Below, in pieces: positions 49,146 through 63,721 of a DNA stretch of 64,000 nt. A program made the position numbers and the translations under genes. Every line of letters starts with the position of its first letter. Position 1 is the first letter of the stretch. The DNA is from Octopus sinensis (taxonomy: Eukaryota): positions 103,540,001 to 103,604,000 of the forward strand of contig NC_042998.1 of the NCBI RefSeq assembly GCF_006345805.1, in the 5' to 3' direction. The notes below the pieces were generated by a model, which saw only the letters and a program-made list of their open reading frames with translations, did not search any database and was not told the DNA's origin.

Positions 49146-50273
49146 ACTTCTTTTTATCCACGAAGAATGATCCTTTAAGAACTTTATGTATTTAACATTA
49201 ATAATACAGCTGCTCTTTTAATATTATTTTATATTTAATATAAAATATATGTTAATATTTTTCAATATATGCTTTTTTATGTGTATGTGTGTATGTAGAT
49301 ATACATACATATACATAAAAACATACATATGTGTGTGTGTGTGTAAACGCATTCATTTTCGCACACATACACAAATAATTATACACTCATTCAAACATAC
49401 ACAAATATGAATAATTATTATGTATTTAAGAGAGCAACAGTAGTATTAATACTTCGCATATCAGTTTGTGCGGGCAACTTTACTGTATGCAAATAAAATC
49501 ATAAATAACTATGCATATATAAGTATGTACGAGTGCGTGCATGCATGCAAGAGAGACGAACATAAATCTATTTGTGACCCAACGTACATATATATCTGTT
49601 GCATATATCTGTCTTTCCAACAACGGTGCATTTATGCATTTCAGAAGTTGGATTCCGACCAGTCCTACATATAAGTAAGCAAAGAAGCTTATGTGTGAAT
49701 TTGTGTGTGTATGTGAGTGTCTCTGTGCACGCGTGTGTATGCGTATGTGTTAGTGTGCCTATAATTGTGTTAAAAAAGAAATTTATAACGGAACTAACCT
49801 GATAAAAATCGCATCCTACGTTTAAGTGACCAATTTTCCTTCCCTTTCTTTTCATTCTAACCCCACATTACTTCATACTAATATTCCATTTTGTCTCTAT
49901 GTCCAACCCCCAAATCATTTTTTTTTACTAAATTCTAAAGGTTACTTTTCCATTAATTTTCACTATCTGACTATTTCTTTCCAATGCATAGGCATTTTGT
50001 TGTCATTCTCCACTTAAGTCGACACTGGCATAGCTTCAAAATGAAGAAAAACCTTTCGTATTCCCGAAAAGGAGTCTGTACGAGGTGTGTGAATAGCTTC
50101 TCTCAAACGTATAAAAGTTTGAAAAACTTTAATACACACACAGGCATACACATACATACGTATATAAATGTGTGTGTGTGTACGCATGTATATATATATA
50201 TATATATTATATAATATATATATATATGTATGTATTATGTATGTGCGTATATATATATATATGTATGTATGTG

Positions 50274-50310
<37 letters not shown>

Positions 50311-50721
50311 TTACATACATACATATATATACAGAGAGAGAGAGGGGGAGAGAGAGAAAGAGAGAGATTTAGCGGATATGTTAACCTCATAAAGGGATGG
50401 TTACATTCAAGGGACTATTGGTTCGATACCTAATGTTCTTGGGAAATTAAATTCCCTTAAAACAATAGGTATATATTAAACATATAGTGCATATCCAGTT
50501 AGATGAATACAAGAAAATGGAAAGTAGAAAGTTGATAATTATTTATTATTAACAAATTGGTCAACTTTACTACTTACAGCCGTTTCCATTAATACTCAAC
50601 AATTAAATCACAAATTTGTAATTCAATTATTGAGTATTGATAGAAAAGGCTGTGAGAAATAAAGATTACGAATTTAATAATAAATAATTATTAACTTTCT
50701 CTCTCTCTCTCTCTCTCTCTC

Positions 50722-50772
<51 letters not shown>

Positions 50773-51071
50773 TTATATATATATGTATGCATATATGTAT
50801 ATTGTTGTATTTCAGGATAGTCATTTTATTTTGGCCAAATAAACACACGTACTAGATATTTGTTTCTTCAATTGTTTATTAATATTATTTCATTATTTCA
50901 ATGCCTGTCCATTGTACGGAAATCTTTCGTCACATATATGTGACCTCTTCAGCGATACTTTTCGTTTCAGATGTTTGTATGTATGTATGTATGTATGTAT
51001 GTATGTATGTATGTATGTATGTATGTATGTATATATGTGTATGTATGTGTATCTGTCTCTCTCTCTCTCTG

Positions 51072-51115
<44 letters not shown>

Positions 51116-51304
51116 AAATAAATATATATATATATATATATTAATGTTTATTGTTATGTTCTGTTATAATAAACAGAATTTTACATTATTCTGTAGGGTT
51201 ATGTCAAATCTATTATATTTTAGCAAAAATAGTACTGACAGTGAATTTGGAGTTTCGACCAGCTAACCATAATCAACTATATGTATGTGTGTGTGTGTGT
51301 CTGT

Positions 51305-51362
<58 letters not shown>

Positions 51363-51618
51363 TTCACTTTGAAGCGCAGATCAGGCATTGAACAACCACT
51401 GCTGCATTACATCTAACTGCAGGAACAGCTGTAAACTAATAAAGTGCATGACATACTTTCTTATTCCCTTGTCATTTTATTTTCTTAACACTGCTCTTTG
51501 TCCGTCTGATGCTCTGTTCTGACGCATCCGTATATTGAGGTCTAACATCAGTTTATTAGTATCACTGTGCGAAAGCGAAATAATGATAATAATAATGATG
51601 ATGATCATGATGATGATG

Positions 51619-51656
<38 letters not shown>

Positions 51657-52097
51657 TAATAATAATAATAATAATAATACACTCAAACACACACATAAAT
51701 ATGTATATTATATACATTCACAGATACATATATACAAATATTGATGAATGCATTCATCTCTAGCTTCAAGTATGCACCTATGCATGTATGCATGTACGCA
51801 TGTATTTTATCGTTAAGTTTTATTTCGAGATTTCTTGACAATAGAGATGGAGCCGGTTTCTAACCAAGATCCAAGGCTCCTTCATCGGAATTTCAACATC
51901 AACAACAGGGTTTTTTTTTCTATGTATGTATGTTTGTATGTATTTATGTAAGTATGTATACATGTATGTATGTGTGTATGCACAGAGTTGTGATTGTGAA
52001 ACTATAAGCAAAGTAAATATCTGAACTCCTATCTATCTATCTATCTGAAACAAGTACAATAATGAAAAAATGCATACATACATACCTATACACACAT

Positions 52098-52155
<58 letters not shown>

Positions 52156-52601
52156 GCATGAAAATTACACATCACTGTGATGAATGATCAAAATCCTGGA
52201 AATTCCTGATCAATAAACGTGCTATTGAAAGATCTATTACTGTATAATTTTCATCCGTAGCTTAAAGACATTTAGCAGCAATAATTTCGGTTTTTGTTTA
52301 TCATTTTTAATTTTATGCGAACGAATTATAACTTGATCACTTATTGTTCCCAATAGACATTCAATTCAAGTTTCCTTTGTGTCTTAGTACAAAGTTCCGA
52401 TATTAATATGTCTCAGGTATGTGGTACGATGAATGTGTGTGTGTGTCTTTGCGTGTGTGTGTGTGTGTGTTTGTGCGCACGCGTACACGTGCATGTGCAC
52501 ACGAGCCTGTTCACCATATATGTATGAAGTAACTTATTTATAAATATGTATATATTATACTTTTATAAGTTTATTTATTCGGTATAGGAAAATGTAGCTT
52601 G

Positions 52602-52659
<58 letters not shown>

Positions 52660-52778
52660 TATATATATGTGTGTGTGTGTGTATACCATATACTTATATA
52701 TTCATATTTACATGCATTCATGCACACGTGCATACATACGCACAAGTACACACCGATATGTGCATAAGTGTGCATGCA

Positions 52779-52841
<63 letters not shown>

Positions 52842-53981
52842 TATATGGTGGGTACGTGCGTGCGTTTATAATGAATAAACGCGTGCTCCTCTGTGTATGC
52901 GTACATGCTCGAAAAGGCATGCATGCAGGCTTTCCAAGATTCACAGAAATATGGCCGTTAAGTTCTATGTCTTGCGGTTTCATTTCGAAATGTTTTTTTT
53001 TATAAGAGTATATTAATTTCATTGACTTTTATAACTTCATTCTTCTTTTTTTTATTTACTGAAGAAATTCGCTAAAATTCATTTCAATTGAACCAATATT
53101 ACAGAAGCCGGAAGCGAATTTTGAAAAAGTAATTACCAAAAAATTATATATCGATCTGTGTCTGTGAGTATGTATATGCATGCGTGATTATGTGTATATT
53201 TATGTCTGCGTGCATGTGAATGCATTTGTGAGCAATCTTATAGATGCTTGTGTGTAAAATATGTGCTTTTTTGCACGCAAGCGTATCTAATATATGTGTG
53301 TGTGTGTACGTGTTTGTATGTGTATTAGCTAGGTCGTGGAATCTCCTTTTCGTTTTAATATTTCCTTAATCTTGCACATAGCTCCGCCTTCTACCTGGAA
53401 GCATTTCCGTCTGAGCAGAAAGCACACTGACATCTACCCTCCAGGTTGCAATAGCTAAAAGATTTCTTTTTATTTCTTCATTTATCGCTTGAAATGTTGA
53501 TATTTTATTTATTTTTATAGAATTTGTTTCCAGTCTTATTTATTTCTTTAATTTTTGTTTTAAGCTTTACATAATTTAAAATTAACTGATGAAGAAATAT
53601 ACGCTGATGAACATGAAGAAAATGGAACCTATGAAATTGAAGGAGCGAAGAGGAGAAGAACTACCACTACTATTACTTATTACTACTACCCTAAGTATTC
53701 TTAGTAGTATTACTATTCCAAAGAATGGTAGTATTAGTATTAGTAGAATTAGTAGGTGGGGAGAAGAAAGAGACAGAAGCGAACGTCAAAGAGAAAAGTG
53801 ACAGATGTGTAGAAAAGTTTATAAGCTGATTTAAAGTTCGAGATAAATGACAATAGTAAGAAATGAACAATCCGCAGACGATAATGATAGATATACGTAC
53901 TCTCACTCAGAAAGCACACGCATACCTCCTGTATATATTCAATATATGGTGGGGGCGAGTGCCTGCATGTGCGTTTGTAAG

Positions 53982-54016
<35 letters not shown>

Positions 54017-54510
54017 TATATATATATTATATATATATACATATATATACATATATATACATTCGCCATGATAGATCGCTAGCCACTATATCGTTGTCTA
54101 TTTTCTATCACTGTTTATTTCTGTGTTCCTTTCAGTCGAAAAGCGTAGGCTCGAAACGTAAAAGACTTTCTCACTTCCCGAGCGTTAAACTAATACATCT
54201 GTTTCTTGTTTACACACCCGTCTTCGTCTTTTGTTTTTTTGTAAAACCTCACTATATATGTATGTATAAAATAATAATTCCTTGGGTCGATTTGCTCGAC
54301 TAAAGGCGCTGCTCCAGCATGGCTGCAATCAAATGACTGAAAGAAGTAAAAGAATATATATATAAATATATATATGAATATACACACATACGTACACACA
54401 TATATATATGTATGAATATACATAAATATATATGTATGCGTATATATATGTGTGTGTGTGCATACAGACACATATGCATACATACACACATATACATTGA
54501 TATTCCATAC

Positions 54511-54545
<35 letters not shown>

Positions 54546-54609
54546 GTATACACACACACATATATATATATGTATATATGTGTATATATGTATATATATA
54601 TATGTATAT

Positions 54610-54669
<60 letters not shown>

Positions 54670-55452
54670 TATATATATATGTATGTATATATATATGTAT
54701 ATATGGAAGTATGTACGTATGTATGTTGTTTTGAAAAGCGGGAACGGCAAACTGGTAAACAACTGTTAGAAATCCACTTGTGCTGTTAGTGTTATTATAT
54801 ATATTTAGCTCTACGTTATTGGTTGAGGACCATCTCTTGACATTTCTATTAACAGCATGTATGTGTGCGTTTATGTGTGCGCGCGTGAGTGGTGTACGTG
54901 GGTGTATGTACAGGTGGAACGTTTACAAAATTATCCTCTTTTGCGTTGATATTCACAAGCTAGCTGATTTGTTTCTTGACTAAAGGATTCCCAGTTCGTT
55001 ATGGGGAATGAGAGCCCGCAGGTATTCTAAGCAATGATTTTGCCTCAGCCTTTATATCATAGCTTTTTTCAGAACACATAGGATTGCCTATTCGTACAGT
55101 TTAGTTGTAAGTTAGGGTGTGTAATGAGAATGACATAAAGGTTGTGGAATCGCAAGTTCGTCTCAAAATGATGATTCTTTATTTATGTTGCTGACCTCTA
55201 CTAGAATCTGAGTTTAGAACATAGACACATGTAACTAAACATATATATATATATAATATATATATATATGTAGTTAATCTAAACATGAACAAACAAGGAA
55301 AAAAAATAACGCGTGGACGTGGAACAAGTACAGTGTTATTGGACGCTCAGGAAAGGAAAGGAAAGAGAGAGGAGTTCACGTTTCGAGAGGAGCTCTTCGT
55401 CAGAAATATAGAAAAAGTCCAAAGAAGGAAGACGGAGAACGAAAATCGCCAA

Positions 55453-55485
<33 letters not shown>

Positions 55486-56035
55486 AATGGCACTTTGACG
55501 TTCTACCATTTCTGAGACTTGTTTTAAATGATAAATATACTACAAGCTTCTGATCAAACATCTTTAAATCTTTCTAGTATGTTGGGATATAGGAAGTCTG
55601 CATATTTCATGTGACATGTTAAGAAATTCGAAAATGATAGCAATTTTACAAAAATTGATATTGTACTGGGGACTTTGATTGATCAAACTTTAATTGTCAT
55701 CAACACGAGAAACAGAAACGAAAAATCCTATCTTCTCCTTTAGCTTATCCCTCTCGACAAATACAGGTGTTCATGACACACGAAACATTTTCAGTATATA
55801 ACTTTACAAAATTATATTTTGCTTTGTTTATTTTTCTGGAAAAAGTGAATCAAAGCAACATATTAACATGGAGTAAACTAAAAAGAATGTAAATTATCAA
55901 GTTGGGAAATATTTTTAGACTCAAAGAATAACAGTGACGAGATGTTATAAAATCAAAATAAACTGCTAGCGATTGTCAGTTATCAGTTTCGGGATCAGAA
56001 AATCAGTTCATTACACCAAAAGACAAAATTAGGCA

Positions 56036-56122
<87 letters not shown>

Positions 56123-56135
56123 GATGATGATGATG

Positions 56136-56168
<33 letters not shown>

Positions 56169-57410
56169 TAATAATAATAATAATAATAATGACGACGCCG
56201 ATGATGATGATGATGATATGATGATGATGATGATGATGATAAATAAGTGAAAAAGAGAAAAAAAATGAGCCAAAGTTCTTCAAGTAAGGAATTGAAATGA
56301 AAATTGTAATGACTGAGTGACAAGAAATAGAATATGTTATCAAGATTTCTCAGCATCATCTGGGTACTTGTTGACTAATCTGTAGTATCAAATGTTAGCT
56401 AAATGTATATGTAACTTAATATTTAAAGATAATCAGGAATCAGAAGGTAGTAGAACTAGGTATATTCATAATTAGCAGTTCCTGTCATCTATCAAATCAC
56501 GAAGAAAGAAAATTTAGTCTAAAGTAATTGACGAACGTTTTATTGGACAGAGGATAAAGAACTTCAAGATGTATGAATTAATTCTTTATCCGAGCTTCAG
56601 AATATACGAATCGTTTCAGTAATGAAATAATAAGATATAAGAATGAGTTAGTTTAAATAAACTGAAGTGCTTTATTCAAAGAAATTTTGTTGTTTTAAAA
56701 CAAGAAACAAACGGTTAATACTTAAAAACCTTATTGGCAAAACTGAAATTCTGAATACGAAAATAATAATAAAATGTTACTTACATCAAAGAAATCAGAT
56801 TCATGCATTGTATATTTGCTCTTATTAATTAAAATAATACTGATATATTATTCTACATAAATCTACATTTAGATATGATAAAGCAATTAAGTTATAAAAT
56901 TGATATCAGCTATTGATAACGCAAAAACATAATCCGAGATTCGTATTTCTCTCCCATTGAAATTCATCAAGTCATCGATAGCTCCGCGACAGAGCAAAAC
57001 TAGTAATATATTCCCGTCTGTTACACAGATTTTTTTTCTTTTTTAGGTATGTCCACTTAACATAAAGTATTTTAATGGCTCGCCATCTCAACAAAAAGTC
57101 GGTTAATTTAGATACTGCTCAACTGAGTTTAATCTGCTTTTCGCATTTTTTTTTAATCTGCTTAGTCTAGATCAACGCCTTACAAGTTGACCAAAGCTGA
57201 CACTCTTTAGATTTGATTCAAACCATTGCTCCATAATTCTGCACCGACGATTCAGGTTTCTTTTTTCATTTTTGATACATATAAGCCCTTAATCATATAT
57301 TAGAAGAAGGATACCCATGAAACTTTCCTTATGCCATCATACTAAGGCAACCTAATACACAACTGAATAGGCATATATACATACATATATATATATATTA
57401 TATATATATA

Positions 57411-57460
<50 letters not shown>

Positions 57461-57657
57461 TATATATATACATATATATATACATATATATATGCAAATA
57501 CATATATATGTATATTTATATACACATACACGCACACACTATATACACACATACTTCGTTATATGAATATATAGACATAAATATGTATTAACTTACGTAG
57601 ATGCACATGTACATATATATATCCACGCATGCATACATATACACGCATGCACACATG

Positions 57658-57690
<33 letters not shown>

Positions 57691-57833
57691 GTGTGTGTGT
57701 GTGCATGTGTGTGTGTTTGTGTAAGCGTGTGTGTGTGTATGTATATATGTATAAATATAATTAATTAATCCAAACGAAGAAAAATCACAAGAATAAAGCA
57801 ACAACGCGAGGTCGTGGTATATGCAAAGTATTA

Positions 57834-57895
<62 letters not shown>

Positions 57896-59020
57896 ATATG
57901 TATGTATGCATACACACACACACATATATATATGTGCATATATATATATATGGCTCCATATATTGTTGCGCTGTATCACAACTAAAGAAAATATGTAAGT
58001 CACGAAAGAATGCGATGGTTAGGTAGAAACAAACTTTTCATGTTACATGAACTCAAGCAGGAACACATGAAATTGTAATTAGCCTTCAAATGACTATCAG
58101 TTTTCCTGAATTCTTCCCGATGAATAATATAAGCTGGTGTAGGTAGCCTGTATTATGACTAGACGATAGAAGACAACTGGTGGTCTAACAAATATCAGTA
58201 CTAACTTGATGTTATTTATTAATTAGTATTAAATTAATTAGAATTTTGAGGGCAGCAATATCAAATTATAATATATGCAGATAGTATATATAAATGATTT
58301 AAACAATCCTACAGTTTGCGTGCGTGTGTATGTGTATGTTTTTGTGATATGTATGTATAGATGTTGACATATCAAAATGTATATATATATGCACGCAATC
58401 GCGGCTAAGTGTTTGAGAATTTTACTTCACATTTCTGATTTTCCATAGTCAATCGAAGTGCCTGGCATCTTGTTAAGGACCATTAGTGGGATCGATCCAA
58501 GCATCGCGATTGAATTTGAACGGAAGATGAAACACTGTTGAACTTGAACATCGACTAGACTGTTTCTTAAATTCCATGGTCCAGGTTTGTCACACACCAT
58601 GTCACGGTGAAGCTACTCGACGATTACTGTGAGTGTACATGTTCCATTTCGCAGGTTAATTGAATGAGAAAGCTGTTCAGTCAATGAACAGTACCTGGAC
58701 ATTCAAACGTTGAGAAAGACGCAGGATTGGTCCATCGTGTTTACATGTGTGTGTGTGTGCAGGTATATACACTATATATAATGAGATTGATGAGTGTGAG
58801 TGAGGTTTGCCTGACGAGCGTACACCCTTAAAATTGCATTGAGCCAATTCAAATAGTTATTAAATTATATATATAACTCCTACCAAATGTGTTGGGTCCC
58901 ACTTTCTTCCGTTTGTCTACTCACTCGTGTATATATATGTGTGTGTGTATGTGTGTGTGCGTGTGTGTATGTATATAAATACGCATATATATATATGCTT
59001 GTGTGTATATATATATATGC

Positions 59021-59079
<59 letters not shown>

Positions 59080-59255
59080 CATACATATATATATGTATAT
59101 ATATACATACATATATATATATGCATACATGTATATATATATATACATATATATACATGTATGCATATATATATAGTTATACATGTGTGGGTTTGTATGT
59201 ATCTATATATGTATATACATACATTCATTCATATATCTGTGTGTATGTGTCTGTG

Positions 59256-59307
<52 letters not shown>

Positions 59308-59799
59308 GAGAGAGAGATAGTGAGAGAGAGAGAGGGAGAGAGCGAGCGAGTCAGTGTGTATTCTAGTTTGAAATTACAATCAAGTTTACTTTCACATTTT
59401 CGTACGTGTTCCTTGCAATAAAATTTCCCAGATCAACTCTTCAAAGACCTAAGACCTCCACCGATTCATCTTGTTGTTATAGACAGTGTGTTTGCGTGGA
59501 CAGTATTGCAAGAAGGCTGTACGAAGATATGTAGAAACATTGTTAGAATTGAGTGATTAAAAAAAAAACAGAAAAAAGAAAAAAAGAAAAAGAAAACAAG
59601 AAAAGAAAAATAGAACTGAAAATAGAAATCTAGAACGCAGTTACCATTTCGATTATATATACGTGCTGCATGTGTTAGTAATTGAGTGTGAGTTTGTTTA
59701 AACATAACCGAATGACCCTCCGTTATTTCCATAAACGACGTTTGCCGTTGTGCAATCACCGGAACGGCCTTCTTATTGAAATATACTTAAGTGTTTAAA

Positions 59800-60029
59800 G
59801 GCGGTGAGCTGGCAGAAACGTTAACGCGCCGGGCGAAATGCTTAGAGGTATTTCGTCTGTCGTTACGCTCTGAGTTCCAATTCCGCCGAGGTCGACTTTG
59901 CCTTTAATCCTTTCGGGGTCGATAAATAAAGTACCAGTTTCGCACTGGGGTCTATGTAATCGACTTAACCCCTTTGTTTATCCTTGTTTGTCTCCTCTAT
60001 GTTTAGCCCCTTGTGGTTAGTTAAGAAAT
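59800..60029 (+). mobile_element. SINE family A, full-length long-tail copy with a 16-bp target-site duplication
   Basis: atatacttaagtgttt at 59781-59796 and at 60030-60045. Confidence 0.92.
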
Positions 60030-60672
60030 ATATACTTAAGTGTTTGAGTAATGCACAGATATTTGTGCTCTTACCTTAAAACTTAGAATGAATCAGTATG
60101 ACCCCAGTGTGTTTGCCAGGCCGCAGCACAGTTTGCACCAACCCAGTTTCCTCATGAAGCCTTATGCTGGGACGAGATCATGATGGACTAGACTTACCCA
60201 TGATGCCACGCAGTAGTATCGAACCCGTGACATGTTATAAATTTATGTATATGCGTGTATATTTTATTTTGGTCGAGTTGGCTTCTAGCTATTCTGATTT
60301 TCACCTGTAGACATACAGGACCTTTAGGCAAGGTGTGGCTGGAAAATTGATGTTGTTCTGACGTTAATATATATAGTTATAAGTTTCCTAGTTATTGTGT
60401 GCGACGGTGGGGAGAGAGTGTTATAAAGTGGGGGGAGGGATAGTAGGGAAGAAAGAAAGGGGGAGGAGGGAAAACGAGGGAGAAGGGAAGAGAGTAATAG
60501 TTTCACCCTTACCCCTCTTTCCCCATTTTTCTTTTTTCCTCTTCCTTTCTTCCTTCCTGGTTTCCTCCCCTTCCACACCTTATCATAATTTTCCCCTACC
60601 ATCACACCCATAGAGTAGAAAAACTATAACTATAAGTAAATGTGCAAACTCTATCAAGGTTCCACTCACGAC

Positions 60673-60718
60673 TTGCCTGAAGATACTCTGTGTCTAGAGA
60701 TGAAACTCAGAGTAGCAA
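60673..60718 (+). ncRNA. Minimal type I hammerhead ribozyme candidate
   Basis: TTGC-CTGAAGA-TA-CTCT-gtgtct-AGAG-AT-GAAA-CTC-A-GAG-TA-GCAA: 4-bp stem I, intact core, near-palindromic stem III, UA cleavage site at 60713-60714. Confidence 0.55.
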
Positions 60719-61328
60719 AAGGCTGACACGACCAAAATAAAATACCGCTACCCCTTCTATGGTATTGAGCTCTCTTTTCTCTGACAGCTAACACTAAATG
60801 GATGTACGTATGTATGTATGTATGTATGTATGTATGTATGTATGTATGTATGTATGTATGTATGTATGTATGTATGTATGTACGTATTTATGTATGTACG
60901 TACGTATATATGCATGTGTGTGTATGTATTGATGTATGTGAGTATACATACAGCGAGAGCAAAGATAGTTAATTGTCTCAAAATGACCATGTACTGGTGG
61001 TATAAAAAGATAGTTTTATCCAATAAACTCTCTAAACTTGCGACAAAAGAGTTACATTAAAATCAATTGTATTTATTTCAAACATATCGATATACATATA
61101 TGCCAAGGTGATTTATATTCAATCAATGTTTTATTTCAAAAAAATATTGTGTTAATATGAATGTTTCTATGTAGCTATGAATATATTTATGCTTGTGTAT
61201 ATGCATGAATGATTTTGGTTAAGTGATACTGTATTAAATTATAAAGATACAAGATATATATATATATATGTATATATATATGTATGTATATATATATATA
61301 TGTATATATATATGTATGTATATATATA

Positions 61329-61396
<68 letters not shown>

Positions 61397-61434
61397 ATGT
61401 ATGTAAGTATGTATGTGTATATATATTATATGTG

Positions 61435-61468
<34 letters not shown>

Positions 61469-61477
61469 TGTGTGGTG

Positions 61478-61509
<32 letters not shown>

Positions 61510-63162
61510 TGTATGTATGTATGTATGTTTGTATGTATGTATGTATAATATATATATTCTAGATATATTGATGCCTGCGATGAATTCTTAGCAGAAATCA
61601 TGTATTTTTGACCTATTACTTTTCCTAGTTAAAACATTTTCTTTTTCCTTTCTCTGATTATGATGCTATCGTATGCTAAAGCACATCCCTATAGATATTA
61701 GCGAAAGTTATACTATACCAGGGAATGTATCATAAAACTTTAGCCAACAGTGATTTATCAATCTTTATTTATTTGTTTTCTAGCAATCAAATTTAAAAAT
61801 TGTATTTATACATATAAAGATACTTCTTATGTAGTTTTGGAGATCAACTGTGAAATAAATGTTTTATGTTTTACTGTGTTTTGGCTAGAGTGAAAACACT
61901 CTCTTTTTAATCATGAGGTTCCAAGTGGATATCTCATTGGGCTGCTCAGGAAAAGTCTGTTTCACCATAAGCTCGGAGGCTGAACAGAAACCTGGGTGGA
62001 ATCCGTTCCCTTGTACCTGTCATTCAAACTGCCAACTTTACCACTGAGGTTTACTTTATTGTTGCAGTTTCTACTGCTGCTGTTATTCAGCCTCGGGTGA
62101 GCTCTGGTAAAGCAGGCATAATATGTGAACAAAGATATTCTAACCGTGACCATCTGTGAGACAAAGGGAAATTTGGTTCCATTCATACTGTTAACAGCAT
62201 CTATTTAAATTGTGCATTAAGGTATTCTTGTATAAGCAGTGCACGCTTTGATCCATCGCTGTGAAGTGCGATTGAATCAAATCAAATCATTCGCACAGAA
62301 CATCTACCGCTGGAGCTCTGGCAATTTATAACCAATATTTTCCACTCCTCTCGTCAAAGGGCTTTCATAATATATTTTAATGTTCCGATCCCAGTTCACC
62401 CCTTAATATCATTGAGCCAGCTTCTCCTTCATCACCCACTTACCGTTTTACAGCATATTTGCAAGTAATCCAGTTATTCTACTGAATTTAAGGGACCGCT
62501 GTAATTTTCGTCATTTTAATGTTGCTTTGAGTATATCACTCTTTCTAACCGACATTTTACGTTATTCTAATATGGTCTGGTTGGTCTGACAGTCGTTCCA
62601 GGTAATGCTGACAATTTCATAGCGTTGATTATTTTTATTTATTTATCTATTTATTTATTTATTTATTTATTAAGTATGCCCATGTCTCACATCAAGACAA
62701 TTCTACAAGTGTTATAGATTGTTTTAGCCTAATTAATTTAATAAACTTGATCAAAAGTAAACAAATATCTTATTTGGACTCAGATAAAACAGACATAGTA
62801 CATGTCTAGACTATACTATACTGATGAGATCGAAAAGACCGATGTATGTGTCCATAACTGACCCTTGCTTTCAAACACAGATCAGGCTGTCCTTTCGATA
62901 TGCATGCAAATTTACACATGAATTCCATTATTCACTTCCTTCTGAAATTATCCCCCTTCTCGAGAAATGTTGAAAGAGGTTAACGCTAAGAGTTTGGTTC
63001 CTTTCACTAACAAAGAAATTCAATAAATGAAGACTTTATTGTGTAATGAACACAGTACATCGTGCGTTTGTATAGACATACATACATATATACACACATA
63101 CATACACCACACACGCATATTTATATTGCATACATATATTTGGATGAATACATATAAAATAT

Positions 63163-63203
<41 letters not shown>

Positions 63204-63236
63204 TACATGCATGTATATATTATATGTTTATGTATG

Positions 63237-63281
<45 letters not shown>

Positions 63282-63621
63282 CGAAAAAGAGAGAGAGAGA
63301 GAAAAAGACAGACAGAAAGAAAGAGATGGGAAAGAGAGAGAGAAGAGAGAGAGGAGAGAGAGATCTACGTATCTATATACTTACACACACGCATATATAC
63401 GTATGTCTGTATGTCTGCCTATGTTTTCATAATGCATGTCTGTGTGAGTGTGTAGCTAGTACACGTAGTAAGACTATTATATCATGTTCCAAAAACTGCC
63501 TTTGTTTGCCATGAAAAGATTTCAACATTTATACTGAATGAAAATATAATTAGATATACGAAACGGAAGAAAGATGAGAACGTTAGTGAACAAAACACAG
63601 GAGTGAGCATATGTTCATACG

Positions 63622-63721
<100 letters not shown>

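Noticed and set aside
58430-58760. Possible RTE 3' fragment
   Set aside because: Only one short motif-like stretch; insufficient support.
62820-62855. CTGATGA-gatc-GAAA as a hammerhead
   Set aside because: Stem II cannot form and there is no UH cleavage site.
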